From positions 22,109-86,108 of the forward strand of contig JAEWSD010000210.1 of assembly GCA_023398615.1 (NCBI GenBank): 64,000 nt of DNA, in the 5' to 3' direction. Below the pieces are notes generated by a model, which saw nothing but the letters and a program-made list of their open reading frames with translations, ran no database searches and had not been told where the DNA came from. Below are positions 36,895 to 45,301 of this stretch, piece after piece. Each line of letters opens with the position of its first letter. Positions within the stretch are counted from its first letter, which is position 1. Origin of the DNA: Bacillota bacterium (lineage in GTDB: Bacteria; Bacillota; Clostridia; Lachnospirales; Lachnospiraceae). A program made the translations under genes and the position numbers.

Positions 36895-37848
36895 ATGGAA
36901 GCGGGGGTGGACTTGTACCTTGAAGTTTATATCGATGTAATTTTCCTTATTAATTTTATAATGGATATCATATTACTTCTGATAGTAAAGAGAATATTGA
37001 AGTGTTCCGGTCGTTTCCTGCGAATACTTGGCGGAGCCGCAGCCGGAGCCGCAGGAGCCTGCATAATAGCTGTAGTCCCTTATCTTAACCGGTTGGTACA
37101 GTTCCTGTTTTCCTATTGTGCCGTATGCTTTGCAATGATTGTGATTGCATTTCGCCCCAAAGGTTTAAAGACGGGAATCAGGGCGGTCATTGTTCTTTAC
37201 ATATCCACCTTTTTTTTAGGCGGTATTATGAATTCACTTTATTACTATTCTAATCTTGGATTCTATTTCAGAGAACTCGTGAACGGAAATATTTTTCGGG
37301 ACCGGAATACAAAATATTATGTTTTTGCGGTGATAGCTGCTTTGGCATCTGTACCGATTTTCATACAAACCTTTTATATGTTCAGGAGAGGGGAAACAGA
37401 ACTATTCCCATCAGAATTGTCATATAACGATAAAAGTGTGCGTTTAGTCGGACTGTTAGATACGGGCAACAGCTTACACGATCCGATATATGGTAAGCCG
37501 GTCCTTATTGCTGAATTTTCCGCCATAGAACCTCTGCTATCGGAATCTCAGGCAGGCAAACTCCGTGAAATGATAGATATGGCGGAGGGCAGTCCCGGCA
37601 TGGAACGAAAGAATTTTGACAGCAGCGCTTTAGATGATGATAGTGAAGAACCATTAAAGATTATGATGGTGCCTTATCATTCCATTGGGAAAAAAAGCGG
37701 TTTGTTACCGGCAATCATTATGAACAGGGTCGTTGTATGGAGCGGGAAGGAGCCGGTTTGTAATGAAAGGGTTTTAACCGCTGTCAGTAGGAACATATTA
37801 TCAGGTAAAGGTGAATATCAGATTATTTTACATAGGGATATCATGTAA
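36895..37848 (+). CDS. spoIIGA: Sigma-E processing aspartic peptidase SpoIIGA
   Basis: N-terminal multi-TM region (YLEVYIDVIFLINF...) and the DTGN catalytic motif (GLLDTGNSLHDP). The true start may be the GTG at 36907 or the TTG at 36913, after GCGGGGG. Confidence 0.9.
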   Translation: MEAGVDLYLEVYIDVIFLINFIMDIILLLIVKRILKCSGRFLRILGGAAAGAAGACIIAVVPYLNRLVQFLFSYCAVCFAMIVIAFRPKGLKTGIRAVIVLYISTFFLGGIMNSLYYYSNLGFYFRELVNGNIFRDRNTKYYVFAVIAALASVPIFIQTFYMFRRGETELFPSELSYNDKSVRLVGLLDTGNSLHDPIYGKPVLIAEFSAIEPLLSESQAGKLREMIDMAEGSPGMERKNFDSSALDDDSEEPLKIMMVPYHSIGKKSGLLPAIIMNRVVVWSGKEPVCNERVLTAVSRNILSGKGEYQIILHRDIM

Positions 37849-37899
37849 AAAAGAAATTTAGGTAATCAATTTCTTTTTAGAGGGAGGAATGAAAAGGAA

Positions 37900-38640
37900 A
37901 TGCTGTTAAAAATAACGATACCGAATAAGATTCAATTTCGGGTAATTCCCGATTTCAGAAGTATATTCTTTGACAAGCATGGGGATATACATTATATAGG
38001 CGGAGCAGAGGTGCTTCCGGCACCGTTGGATGCGATCAGGGAAGCGGCGGAAATTGCGAAACTGGGGACGGAATACGATACGGAAGCAAAAACGATACTT
38101 GTAGAACATAATTTAAGACTGGTTGTTTATATTGCCAAAAAGTTCGATAATACAGGGGTGGGCGTTGAAGATTTAATATCAATCGGTACCATTGGCCTGA
38201 TAAAAGCAATTAATACATATAATCCGGATAAGAAGATAAAGCTGGCAACCTATGCCTCAAGATGTATCGAGAATGAAATACTGATGTATCTGAGAAGAAA
38301 TAACAAAACAAAGCTGGAAGTATCCATTGATGAACCGCTAAATGTTGACTGGGACGGCAATGAACTGCTTCTGTCCGATATCCTGGGTACGGAAGAGGAC
38401 GTCATATACAGGAATATAGAGGAAGAGGTTGACAGAAAGCTTTTGGGAAAGGCTTTGTCAAAGCTCAGTGACCGGGAAAGGATTATCGTACAGCTGCGTT
38501 TCGGGTTAAATACAGAGGACGGAAACGAACGGACACAGAAAGAGGTTGCCGATCTATTAGGTATTTCCCAATCCTACATATCGAGACTCGAAAAGAAAAT
38601 TATTAAACGTTTGAAAAAGGAGATGTTAAGACTGGAATAG
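37900..38640 (+). CDS. sigE: Sporulation sigma factor E (pro-sigma-E)
   Basis: Pro-sequence, then [13 protein letters not shown], sigma-70 regions 2 to 4, and the C-terminal [24 protein letters not shown]. Confidence 0.95.
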   Translation: MLLKITIPNKIQFRVIPDFRSIFFDKHGDIHYIGGAEVLPAPLDAIREAAEIAKLGTEYDTEAKTILVEHNLRLVVYIAKKFDNTGVGVEDLISIGTIGLIKAINTYNPDKKIKLATYASRCIENEILMYLRRNNKTKLEVSIDEPLNVDWDGNELLLSDILGTEEDVIYRNIEEEVDRKLLGKALSKLSDRERIIVQLRFGLNTEDGNERTQKEVADLLGISQSYISRLEKKIIKRLKKEMLRLE

Positions 38641-38698
38641 GAACAAAAAAGGAAATTATTACATCCTTACATATCGTATAAAGAGAACACAAATTGTG

Positions 38699-38725
38699 AA
38701 TCATTTATTTAAGTAATAAATGATT
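38699..38725 (+). repeat. Perfect 11-bp inverted repeat abutting the sigG RBS
   Basis: AATCATTTATT (38699-38709), 5-nt loop TAAGT, AATAAATGATT (38715-38725). It is directly followed by TGGGAGG, the sigG Shine-Dalgarno. Confidence 0.6.
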
Positions 38726-38739
38726 TGGGAGGTTTCAAT

Positions 38740-39519
38740 ATGGCTCTTTATAAGGTAGAAATATGTGGTGTAAATACTTCGAAATTACCGTTACTGAATA
38801 ATACTGAAAAGGAAGAATTATTTCAAAGAATCTTGAAGGGGGATAAAGAAGCGAGGGATTTATATATAAAAGGTAATCTCCGTTTAGTGCTTAGCATAAT
38901 CCAGCGGTTTTCCAACAGTAATGAAAATGTTGACGACTTATTCCAGATCGGTTGTATAGGACTTATGAAGGCGATTGACAATTTTGACATCAGCCAGAAT
39001 GTCAAATTCTCAACCTATGCCGTACCGATGATTATAGGCGAAATCAGAAGATATCTTCGGGACAATAACAGTATACGGGTAAGCAGATCGCTGCGTGATA
39101 CTGCTTATAAGGCAATTTATGCCAAGGAAGCCTTACTTAAGAAAAATGATAAGGAGCCGACCGTCTGTGAGATTGCGGATGAAATAGGCTTAAGCAAGGA
39201 AGACATCGTGTTTGCACTGGATGCGATACAAAGTCCCGTATCGCTTTACGAGCCTGTATACTCCGAAGGCGGCGATACGCTGTATATTATGGATCAGGTC
39301 AGCGATAAAAAGAACAAGGAAGAAAACTGGGTGGAAGAGATATCCTTACGCGAAGCCTTATCCAAACTTTCCGAACGTGAAAAAAATATTATCGAATTGC
39401 GTTTCTATGAAGGGAAAACACAGATGGAGGTAGCAAATGAGATATGTATTTCACAGGCGCAGGTCTCAAGGCTTGAAAAATCGGCACTGAAGTGTATGAA
39501 AAATTATTTGAGCCAGTAA
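38740..39519 (+). CDS. sigG: Sporulation sigma factor G
   Basis: YKVEICGVNTSKLPLL is the N-terminal signature of SigG-type sigma factors. Sigma-70 regions 2 to 4 follow. GGGAGG RBS. Confidence 0.93.
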   Translation: MALYKVEICGVNTSKLPLLNNTEKEELFQRILKGDKEARDLYIKGNLRLVLSIIQRFSNSNENVDDLFQIGCIGLMKAIDNFDISQNVKFSTYAVPMIIGEIRRYLRDNNSIRVSRSLRDTAYKAIYAKEALLKKNDKEPTVCEIADEIGLSKEDIVFALDAIQSPVSLYEPVYSEGGDTLYIMDQVSDKKNKEENWVEEISLREALSKLSEREKNIIELRFYEGKTQMEVANEICISQAQVSRLEKSALKCMKNYLSQ

Positions 39520-39598
39520 TACTCAAATTAATAAATATATAGCAGAATGGATATTTAAATAATAAATTAATTTTATTACAATACGGAATAAGAGGAAT

Positions 39599-39624
39599 AA
39601 GCCGGAGCAGATCCGGCTTTTATC
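39599..39624. terminator. Bidirectional intrinsic terminator between convergent sigG and ylmC
   Basis: AAGCCGGA, loop GCAG, ATCCGGCTT, followed by TTTAT on the plus strand and by T-rich sequence on the minus strand. Confidence 0.65.
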
Positions 39625-39660
39625 ATGTAAAAATTCTCTGTCTGTAAATAATAATGGAGG

Positions 39661-39924
39661 TCAGCAGTAGGCCGACTTTATCAGAATTTTATCCGCGTCC
39701 ACATCCACCAGTATCACGTCTGCTCCAATCTGCTTGATGCAGCAGTAATTTATCACATATTCATGGTCCCTTCCGAGTATTCCCCATATCTTGCATGGCC
39801 CCGGTACGATGATTTTGACTATGACGCCGGTATGTATATCAAACTCCAGGTCGCAGACATAACCCAATCTTTCCCCGTCTCTGCAGTTAATGACTTCTTT
39901 TTGCTTCAAATCACACATTCTCAT
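39661..39924 (-). CDS. ylmC: YlmC/YmxH-family sporulation protein (PRC-barrel)
   Basis: MRMCDLKQKEVINCRDGERLGYVCDLEFDIHTGVI...IGADVILVD matches the family pattern. GGGGTG RBS 7 nt before the ATG at 39924. Confidence 0.8.
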   Translation of the reverse strand: MRMCDLKQKEVINCRDGERLGYVCDLEFDIHTGVIVKIIVPGPCKIWGILGRDHEYVINYCCIKQIGADVILVDVDADKILIKSAYC

Positions 39925-40016
39925 AAATCGGCACCCCGTCATACGGTTCAGGTAGACACCTTTATTAACTAATATATGACAAAGCCTGTATATTTATGCG
40001 TTTTTGCAGGAAGCTA

Positions 40017-40045
40017 TTGACCATTGTTAAAAACTTCAATATAAT
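40017..40045 (+). promoter_or_regulatory. Sigma-A-type promoter upstream of nrdR
   Basis: TTGACC (40017-40022), 17 nt, TATAAT (40040-40045). Confidence 0.5.
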
Positions 40046-40093
40046 AAGGAATAGTCAGTGGGCGTTAATCAAATCAATAAGGAGGGGTATCAA

Positions 40094-40546
40094 ATGAAGT
40101 GTCCGTTCTGTGGTAAAGAGAATTCCAGGGTTATAGATTCCAGGCCGGTGGAAGAAAATAATTCGATCCGACGGAGGCGCCAGTGTGATGAATGCGATAA
40201 AAGATTTACGACGTATGAGAAGGTGGAGGCAATACCTCTTGTCGTAATCAAGAAGGATAATAACAGAGAGCCTTACGACCGGTCGAAGATTGAAGCCGGT
40301 GTCTTCCGTTCCTGTCATAAGAGGCCTATTTCGGTCGATCAGATTAACGCTCTTGTGGATGAAGTTGAGAACGCAATATTTAATCTGGAAGAAAAGGAAG
40401 TTCCCAGCACAATAATCGGGGAAATCCTGATGGATAAGCTAAAGGAACTCGATCCGGTGGCTTATGTCAGGTTTGCTTCGGTTTACCGTGAATTCAAGGA
40501 TGTTAATACCTTTATGGATGAACTGAAAAAGATTTTGGATAATTAG
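40094..40546 (+). CDS. nrdR: Transcriptional repressor NrdR
   Basis: MKCPFCG...RRRRQCDECDKRFTTYE zinc ribbon plus an ATP-cone. AAGGAGGGG RBS. Confidence 0.95.
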   Translation: MKCPFCGKENSRVIDSRPVEENNSIRRRRQCDECDKRFTTYEKVEAIPLVVIKKDNNREPYDRSKIEAGVFRSCHKRPISVDQINALVDEVENAIFNLEEKEVPSTIIGEILMDKLKELDPVAYVRFASVYREFKDVNTFMDELKKILDN

Positions 40547-40660
40547 ATAATTGTGAAACTATTTTTGCGTCTGCTGAGGTTCCTGGAACAATCAAAGACA
40601 CAATTAAGAGTTTCGCAAATGTCTATTGTAATTAATATGGATAAGGAGTTTAGGAAAGAT

Positions 40661-41131
40661 ATGGCGATTGAAAAAGTAAGAGATTATTTTAGAAAATTCG
40701 GCATGGAGGGCAGAATCCGTGAATTTGAGACATCGTCGGCAACTGTGGAATTGGCGGCACAGGCCCTGGGCTGCGAGCCCGAGCGTATCGCAAAAACGTT
40801 ATCCTTTACGGTTGACGGGAAAAGTATTCTGATCGTTGCTGCCGGCGATGCAAAAATAAATAACGCGAAGTTTAAGGAGCAGTTTCATACGAAAGCGAAA
40901 ATGCTTTCACCGGATGAGGTAGAAGCCTTAATAGGTCATGCAATAGGCGGGGTATGCCCGTTTGGCATAAAGGAAAATGTCGGGGTATATCTTGACATTT
41001 CATTAAAAAGGTTTGTTACGGTCTATCCGGCCTGCGGCAGCAGCAACAGTGCAATCGAGCTGACGATAGAGGAGCTCGAAACGTATTCGAAATATGCGGC
41101 CTGGATCGATGTCTGCAAAAGTAAAGAGTAA
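40661..41131 (+). CDS. YbaK/EbsC/ProX-type aminoacyl-tRNA trans-editing deacylase
   Basis: The pattern SATVELAAQALG...IAKTL..., AAGDAKINNAKFK and GHAIGGVCPFG is typical of YbaK-like domains. I prefer the start at 40661. Confidence 0.75.
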   Translation: MAIEKVRDYFRKFGMEGRIREFETSSATVELAAQALGCEPERIAKTLSFTVDGKSILIVAAGDAKINNAKFKEQFHTKAKMLSPDEVEALIGHAIGGVCPFGIKENVGVYLDISLKRFVTVYPACGSSNSAIELTIEELETYSKYAAWIDVCKSKE

Positions 41132-41204
41132 GGAGTTACAAAGCCCTGGTTATAATTTGTATTGCGTTCATATAATAGTAGTAAACAAGGACCGGGGGCA
41201 AGGA

Positions 41205-42497
41205 ATGATAATACATGTAGTGAGTCAGGGAGATACCGTCAGCTCGATTGCCGAACGATACGATGTCTCGGTATCGAAGCTGATTATTGACAACGGGCTG
41301 GAAGAACCGTATGAATTAGTAACAGGACAATCCATTGTAATAGTATATCCCGAACTAACCTACACGGTGAAGGAAGGGGATTCCTTATCGGGCATAGCCG
41401 ATACTTATCATGTTACAATGATGCAGCTTTTTATGAATAATCCGTTTTTATACGGACGGAATTTCGTCTATCCCGGTGAAACGATTGTTCTCAAATACAA
41501 CCGGGCGGGCAGAATTTCGACGAACGGATTTGCTTTTACATTTATTAATAATGCCACCTTAAGAAAGACACTGCCATATCTGACATACCTTTCAATATTT
41601 AATTACCGGGCTACCAAGGAAGGAAATCTTATTGAATACTATGACGACAGGGAGGTCCTTCGGACCGCTAAGGAATATGGTACGGTTCCGCTGCTTCTGA
41701 TAACGGCGTTGTCGATTCGGGGCCTGAATGATGCGGAAACGGCTTATGCAATATTACTGGATGAAGAGTGTCAAAACAGATATATAGAAAATATTATTCA
41801 AATCGTCAGGACGAAAGGATATCGAGGGGTTAATTTTGCCTTCCAATTAATCCGTGAAACAAACCAACAGCTCTACCAGAATTTTTTTAACAAAATATCA
41901 AAAATATTGAAGGCGGACAGCTACTCGATGTTCCTGACGGTAGATCCCGATATCTGTTACGGGGATGATGGTATCAGCTTCGAAACGATCGATTATTCGG
42001 AGTTCGGCGATGCGGCGGATTCCATTACTTTTATGAAATTTTTCTGGGCAAGAAATATGGATCCTCCGTTTCCGGTAAGCTCGGTCTCCGCGCTGGAGAT
42101 ATTCTTAGCTTATACGGATTCCTATATTTCTCCGGACCGTGTGAATATAGCGATTCCTCTCATCGGCTATGACTGGGAGCTTCCGTTTTATGCAGGATAT
42201 TCCGAAACCACCTCGCTTACTCTGGATAAGTGCATCGGCCTGGCCCGGGATAACAATTCCGTCATCCGGTTTGACGAAGTCTCACAGACACCGTTTTTTG
42301 AGTATGAGGTAAAAAGCAGCTACGGAAGTGATATACGGCATATCGTATGGTTTATCGATGCAAGAAGCATGGATGCCCTGATAAATCTGATACCGGAATA
42401 CGGCTTAAACGGCACGGCGGTCTGGAACGTGATGTTTTATAATTCCCAGCTTTGGCTGATGATTAATTCACAATTCGAGATAGAAAAAATAACATAA
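41205..42497 (+). CDS. Two LysM repeats plus a GH18 (chitinase-like) domain; YaaH/SleL-like spore protein
   Basis: Two LysM motifs (HVVSQGDTVSSIAERYDVS, YTVKEGDSLSGIADTYHVT) are followed by a GH18-like barrel. The DxxDxDxE position reads GYRGVNFAFQ. Confidence 0.75.
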   Translation: MIIHVVSQGDTVSSIAERYDVSVSKLIIDNGLEEPYELVTGQSIVIVYPELTYTVKEGDSLSGIADTYHVTMMQLFMNNPFLYGRNFVYPGETIVLKYNRAGRISTNGFAFTFINNATLRKTLPYLTYLSIFNYRATKEGNLIEYYDDREVLRTAKEYGTVPLLLITALSIRGLNDAETAYAILLDEECQNRYIENIIQIVRTKGYRGVNFAFQLIRETNQQLYQNFFNKISKILKADSYSMFLTVDPDICYGDDGISFETIDYSEFGDAADSITFMKFFWARNMDPPFPVSSVSALEIFLAYTDSYISPDRVNIAIPLIGYDWELPFYAGYSETTSLTLDKCIGLARDNNSVIRFDEVSQTPFFEYEVKSSYGSDIRHIVWFIDARSMDALINLIPEYGLNGTAVWNVMFYNSQLWLMINSQFEIEKIT

Positions 42498-42507
42498 TAT
42501 ATTCTTC

Positions 42508-42536
42508 TTGTAAGGCCGGCGTGAATTTGTTATACT
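42508..42536 (+). promoter_or_regulatory. Candidate sigma-A promoter upstream of comM
   Basis: TTGTAA (42508-42513), 17 nt, TATACT (42531-42536). Confidence 0.35.
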
Positions 42537-42590
42537 GTGAAAGAATGAATGCTTCCTTCATTGCGGAGAGACAATGAAAGGGGTAATGCT

Positions 42591-44126
42591 ATGTTTTCTA
42601 AAGCCTTCAGTGCAGCCGTAAACGGAATTGACGGCTTTATCATTTCTGTTGAGGCAGACGTAAGTGACGGTCTGCCCCTGTTCGATCTGGTAGGATATCT
42701 TGGCTCAGAGGTAAGAGAGGCAAGGGAACGTGTCCGGATCTCTTTAAAGAATTCAGGCTACCGGCTGCCTGCAAAAAGGATAACCGTTAATCTGTCACCG
42801 GCTGATATTCGAAAGGAAGGCACTGCCTTTGACCTTCCCATTGCGATCGCCGTTCTGTCCGCTTTCGGCTATATTCCCCAGGACAATCTGGAAAAGACCC
42901 TGATACTAGGTGAGGTAAGTTTAAACGGCGACGTAAGGAGGGTAAACGGCGTATTGCCGATCGTCTATACGGCGTTTAAAATGGGCTTTACCAGATGCAT
43001 CGTTCCGCTTGACAATGCTGCCGAGGGAGCGGTGGTACAGGGAATCGATGTATTTGGCGTCAGAAGCATTAAAGAGGTGGTAGGATTTTTAAACAATAAT
43101 GCCTGCCTGGAACCGTATTTTGTCGATACGGAGCTTTTATATGTCTATGAAGCCGACGGGGAAGCTTTGGATTTTTCCGATGTGACCGGACAGGAAATGG
43201 CAAAGCGCGCAATTGAGATAGCAGTGTCCGGAATGCATAACCTTCTCATGGCAGGTCCTCCGGGTGCTGGCAAGACAATGCTTGCCAAGCGGATTCCCAC
43301 CATAATGCCGGAGCTTTCTTTTGAGGAAAGCCTGGAAATCTCAAAGATATACAGTATTGCAGGACTGCTAAGCAGTAATCAGTCCCTGATTCTAAAAAGG
43401 CCGTTCCGGTCACCCCACCATACCATAACAACCGCAGCCTTAGCCGGAGGCGGCAGAAACCCAATGCCCGGCGAGATAAGTCTGGCACATCTTGGCGTCC
43501 TGTTCCTGGACGAATTCCCGGAATTTAACCGTAATACGATAGAAATATTAAGACAGCCGATGGAAGAAAATGAGGTAACGATTACCAGGCTGCAGGGAAC
43601 AACCCGGTATCCGGCCGGCTTCATGCTTGTTGCCGCCATGAACCCCTGTCCCTGCGGCAGCTACCCGGACCGGAATAAGTGTAACTGCTCTCCGAATCAG
43701 GTGAAAAGATATCGGGGAAGGATAAGCGGACCTCTGCTTGACCGGATCGATATCTGCACGGAAGCATTCCCGGTGGATTATAAGGAGCTGACGGACAGAA
43801 CTCCTGCCGAAGCTTCACAAGCCATACGCGAACGCGTCATGGCGGCAAGAAATATTCAGCTGCGGCGGTATCGTAAGGAACCGTTTTATTTCAACTCACA
43901 GTTAACTCCCAAAACGATCGGCAGCTATTGTGCGCTCGGTCAAAAGGAGAGGAAGCTTATGGAGAAGGCGTTTGAGAAAATGAACCTCAGTGCGAGGGCA
44001 TACCATAGGATATTGAAGGTTGCCAGGACGATTGCCGATCTGGACGGGGCGGAGAAGATTGCCGTAAAGCATCTGAGTGAAGCCATCTGTTACCGCAGCC
44101 TTGATAAAAAATACTGGGAGGAATAA
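42591..44126 (+). CDS. comM: YifB/ComM Mg-chelatase-like AAA+ ATPase
   Basis: N-terminal Lon-like domain, Walker A GPPGAGKTMLA, Walker B LFLDEFPEF, a Cys cluster NPCPCG, and the C-terminal Mg-chelatase domain. Confidence 0.9.
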   Translation: MFSKAFSAAVNGIDGFIISVEADVSDGLPLFDLVGYLGSEVREARERVRISLKNSGYRLPAKRITVNLSPADIRKEGTAFDLPIAIAVLSAFGYIPQDNLEKTLILGEVSLNGDVRRVNGVLPIVYTAFKMGFTRCIVPLDNAAEGAVVQGIDVFGVRSIKEVVGFLNNNACLEPYFVDTELLYVYEADGEALDFSDVTGQEMAKRAIEIAVSGMHNLLMAGPPGAGKTMLAKRIPTIMPELSFEESLEISKIYSIAGLLSSNQSLILKRPFRSPHHTITTAALAGGGRNPMPGEISLAHLGVLFLDEFPEFNRNTIEILRQPMEENEVTITRLQGTTRYPAGFMLVAAMNPCPCGSYPDRNKCNCSPNQVKRYRGRISGPLLDRIDICTEAFPVDYKELTDRTPAEASQAIRERVMAARNIQLRRYRKEPFYFNSQLTPKTIGSYCALGQKERKLMEKAFEKMNLSARAYHRILKVARTIADLDGAEKIAVKHLSEAICYRSLDKKYWEE

Positions 44127-44134
44127 ACGGACAA

Positions 44135-45232
44135 ATGAGGAATCTGACGAAGAAGGAATACTGGTTTTGGCTATGCAATATCGAGCATATCGGTGTAAAA
44201 AAGATAGGGGCCGTCCTGGAGCTTTTCAAGACGCCGGAAGCCGCATTCCATGAAAAAGAGGATGTGCTGGAGAAGGCCGGCTGCCTTACAGAGACGGACA
44301 GAGTACTCTTCCGGCGGAGTAAGGACATGGGAAGAATACGAGAAAATTATGCTAAACTGGGCGAGAAGGGCATATATTTTGTAACGAAAGACGATGCGGA
44401 CTACCCGGAGAAGCTGAAAGCCATCTATGAGCCCCCGTTTGCCTTGTATGTTAAGGGAGCATTGCCGGATACAGGCCGGGTATCGGTTGCCGTAGTCGGC
44501 GCAAGGAACTGTTCCGATTACGGCAGGGAAATGGCCGGATACTTTGCGGGAGAATTAGCCGGTGCCGGAGTACAGATCATCAGCGGGCTTGCAAGAGGGG
44601 TTGACGGGTATGCCCATAAGGGAGCCCTGGCGGCAGGCGGGAGTACTTATGCCATTGAGGGATGCGGTGTCGATATCTGCTATCCGAAAGAGAACTTTTC
44701 TCTGTACCTGGATATGCAGGCAAACGGAGGAGTGATATCGGAATACGGCCCGGGAATCCATCCGAAGGCCGGTAATTTCCCGATGAGAAACCGTTTAATC
44801 AGCGGCCTGTCCGACGGAATCCTTGTAATCGAAGCGAGGGAAAAGAGCGGCTCGCTTATCACGGTAGATATGGGGCTGGATCAGGGGAAAAATATTTATG
44901 CATTGCCCGGACGTGTGAATGATTTATTAAGCCGGGGCTGTAATAATTTAATAAAAACCGGAGCAAAACCGGTCTCCGGCCCGGAAGAAATCCTTGAGGA
45001 TTATTTACAAAATTATGAGAAAATTAACAAGGATGCGAAAAATATTGATAAATTGCTTGAAACGAAAGAAAAAATAGTGTATGCTTGTTTAAGTTGTATC
45101 CCAAAGCATATGAATGAAATTGCGGGGGAGACTAATATAAGTATTATGGAACTAAGTGAAATTTTATTAAATCTCGAACTAAAAAGCTACATTAAACAGA
45201 TTAGGAAGAACTATTATTCATATATTTGTTAA
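44135..45232 (+). CDS. dprA: DNA processing protein DprA/Smf
   Basis: Rossmann-like core VAVVGARNCS.YG, ISGLARGVDG.AH and FP.RNRLISGLS. Confidence 0.9.
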   Translation: MRNLTKKEYWFWLCNIEHIGVKKIGAVLELFKTPEAAFHEKEDVLEKAGCLTETDRVLFRRSKDMGRIRENYAKLGEKGIYFVTKDDADYPEKLKAIYEPPFALYVKGALPDTGRVSVAVVGARNCSDYGREMAGYFAGELAGAGVQIISGLARGVDGYAHKGALAAGGSTYAIEGCGVDICYPKENFSLYLDMQANGGVISEYGPGIHPKAGNFPMRNRLISGLSDGILVIEAREKSGSLITVDMGLDQGKNIYALPGRVNDLLSRGCNNLIKTGAKPVSGPEEILEDYLQNYEKINKDAKNIDKLLETKEKIVYACLSCIPKHMNEIAGETNISIMELSEILLNLELKSYIKQIRKNYYSYIC

Positions 45233-45301
45233 TAGAAAGAAAAGTACGGCCCTATCTGCCGTGAAGGACATATTTTATTACAGTATAAGGGGAGAGTCTA
45301 G

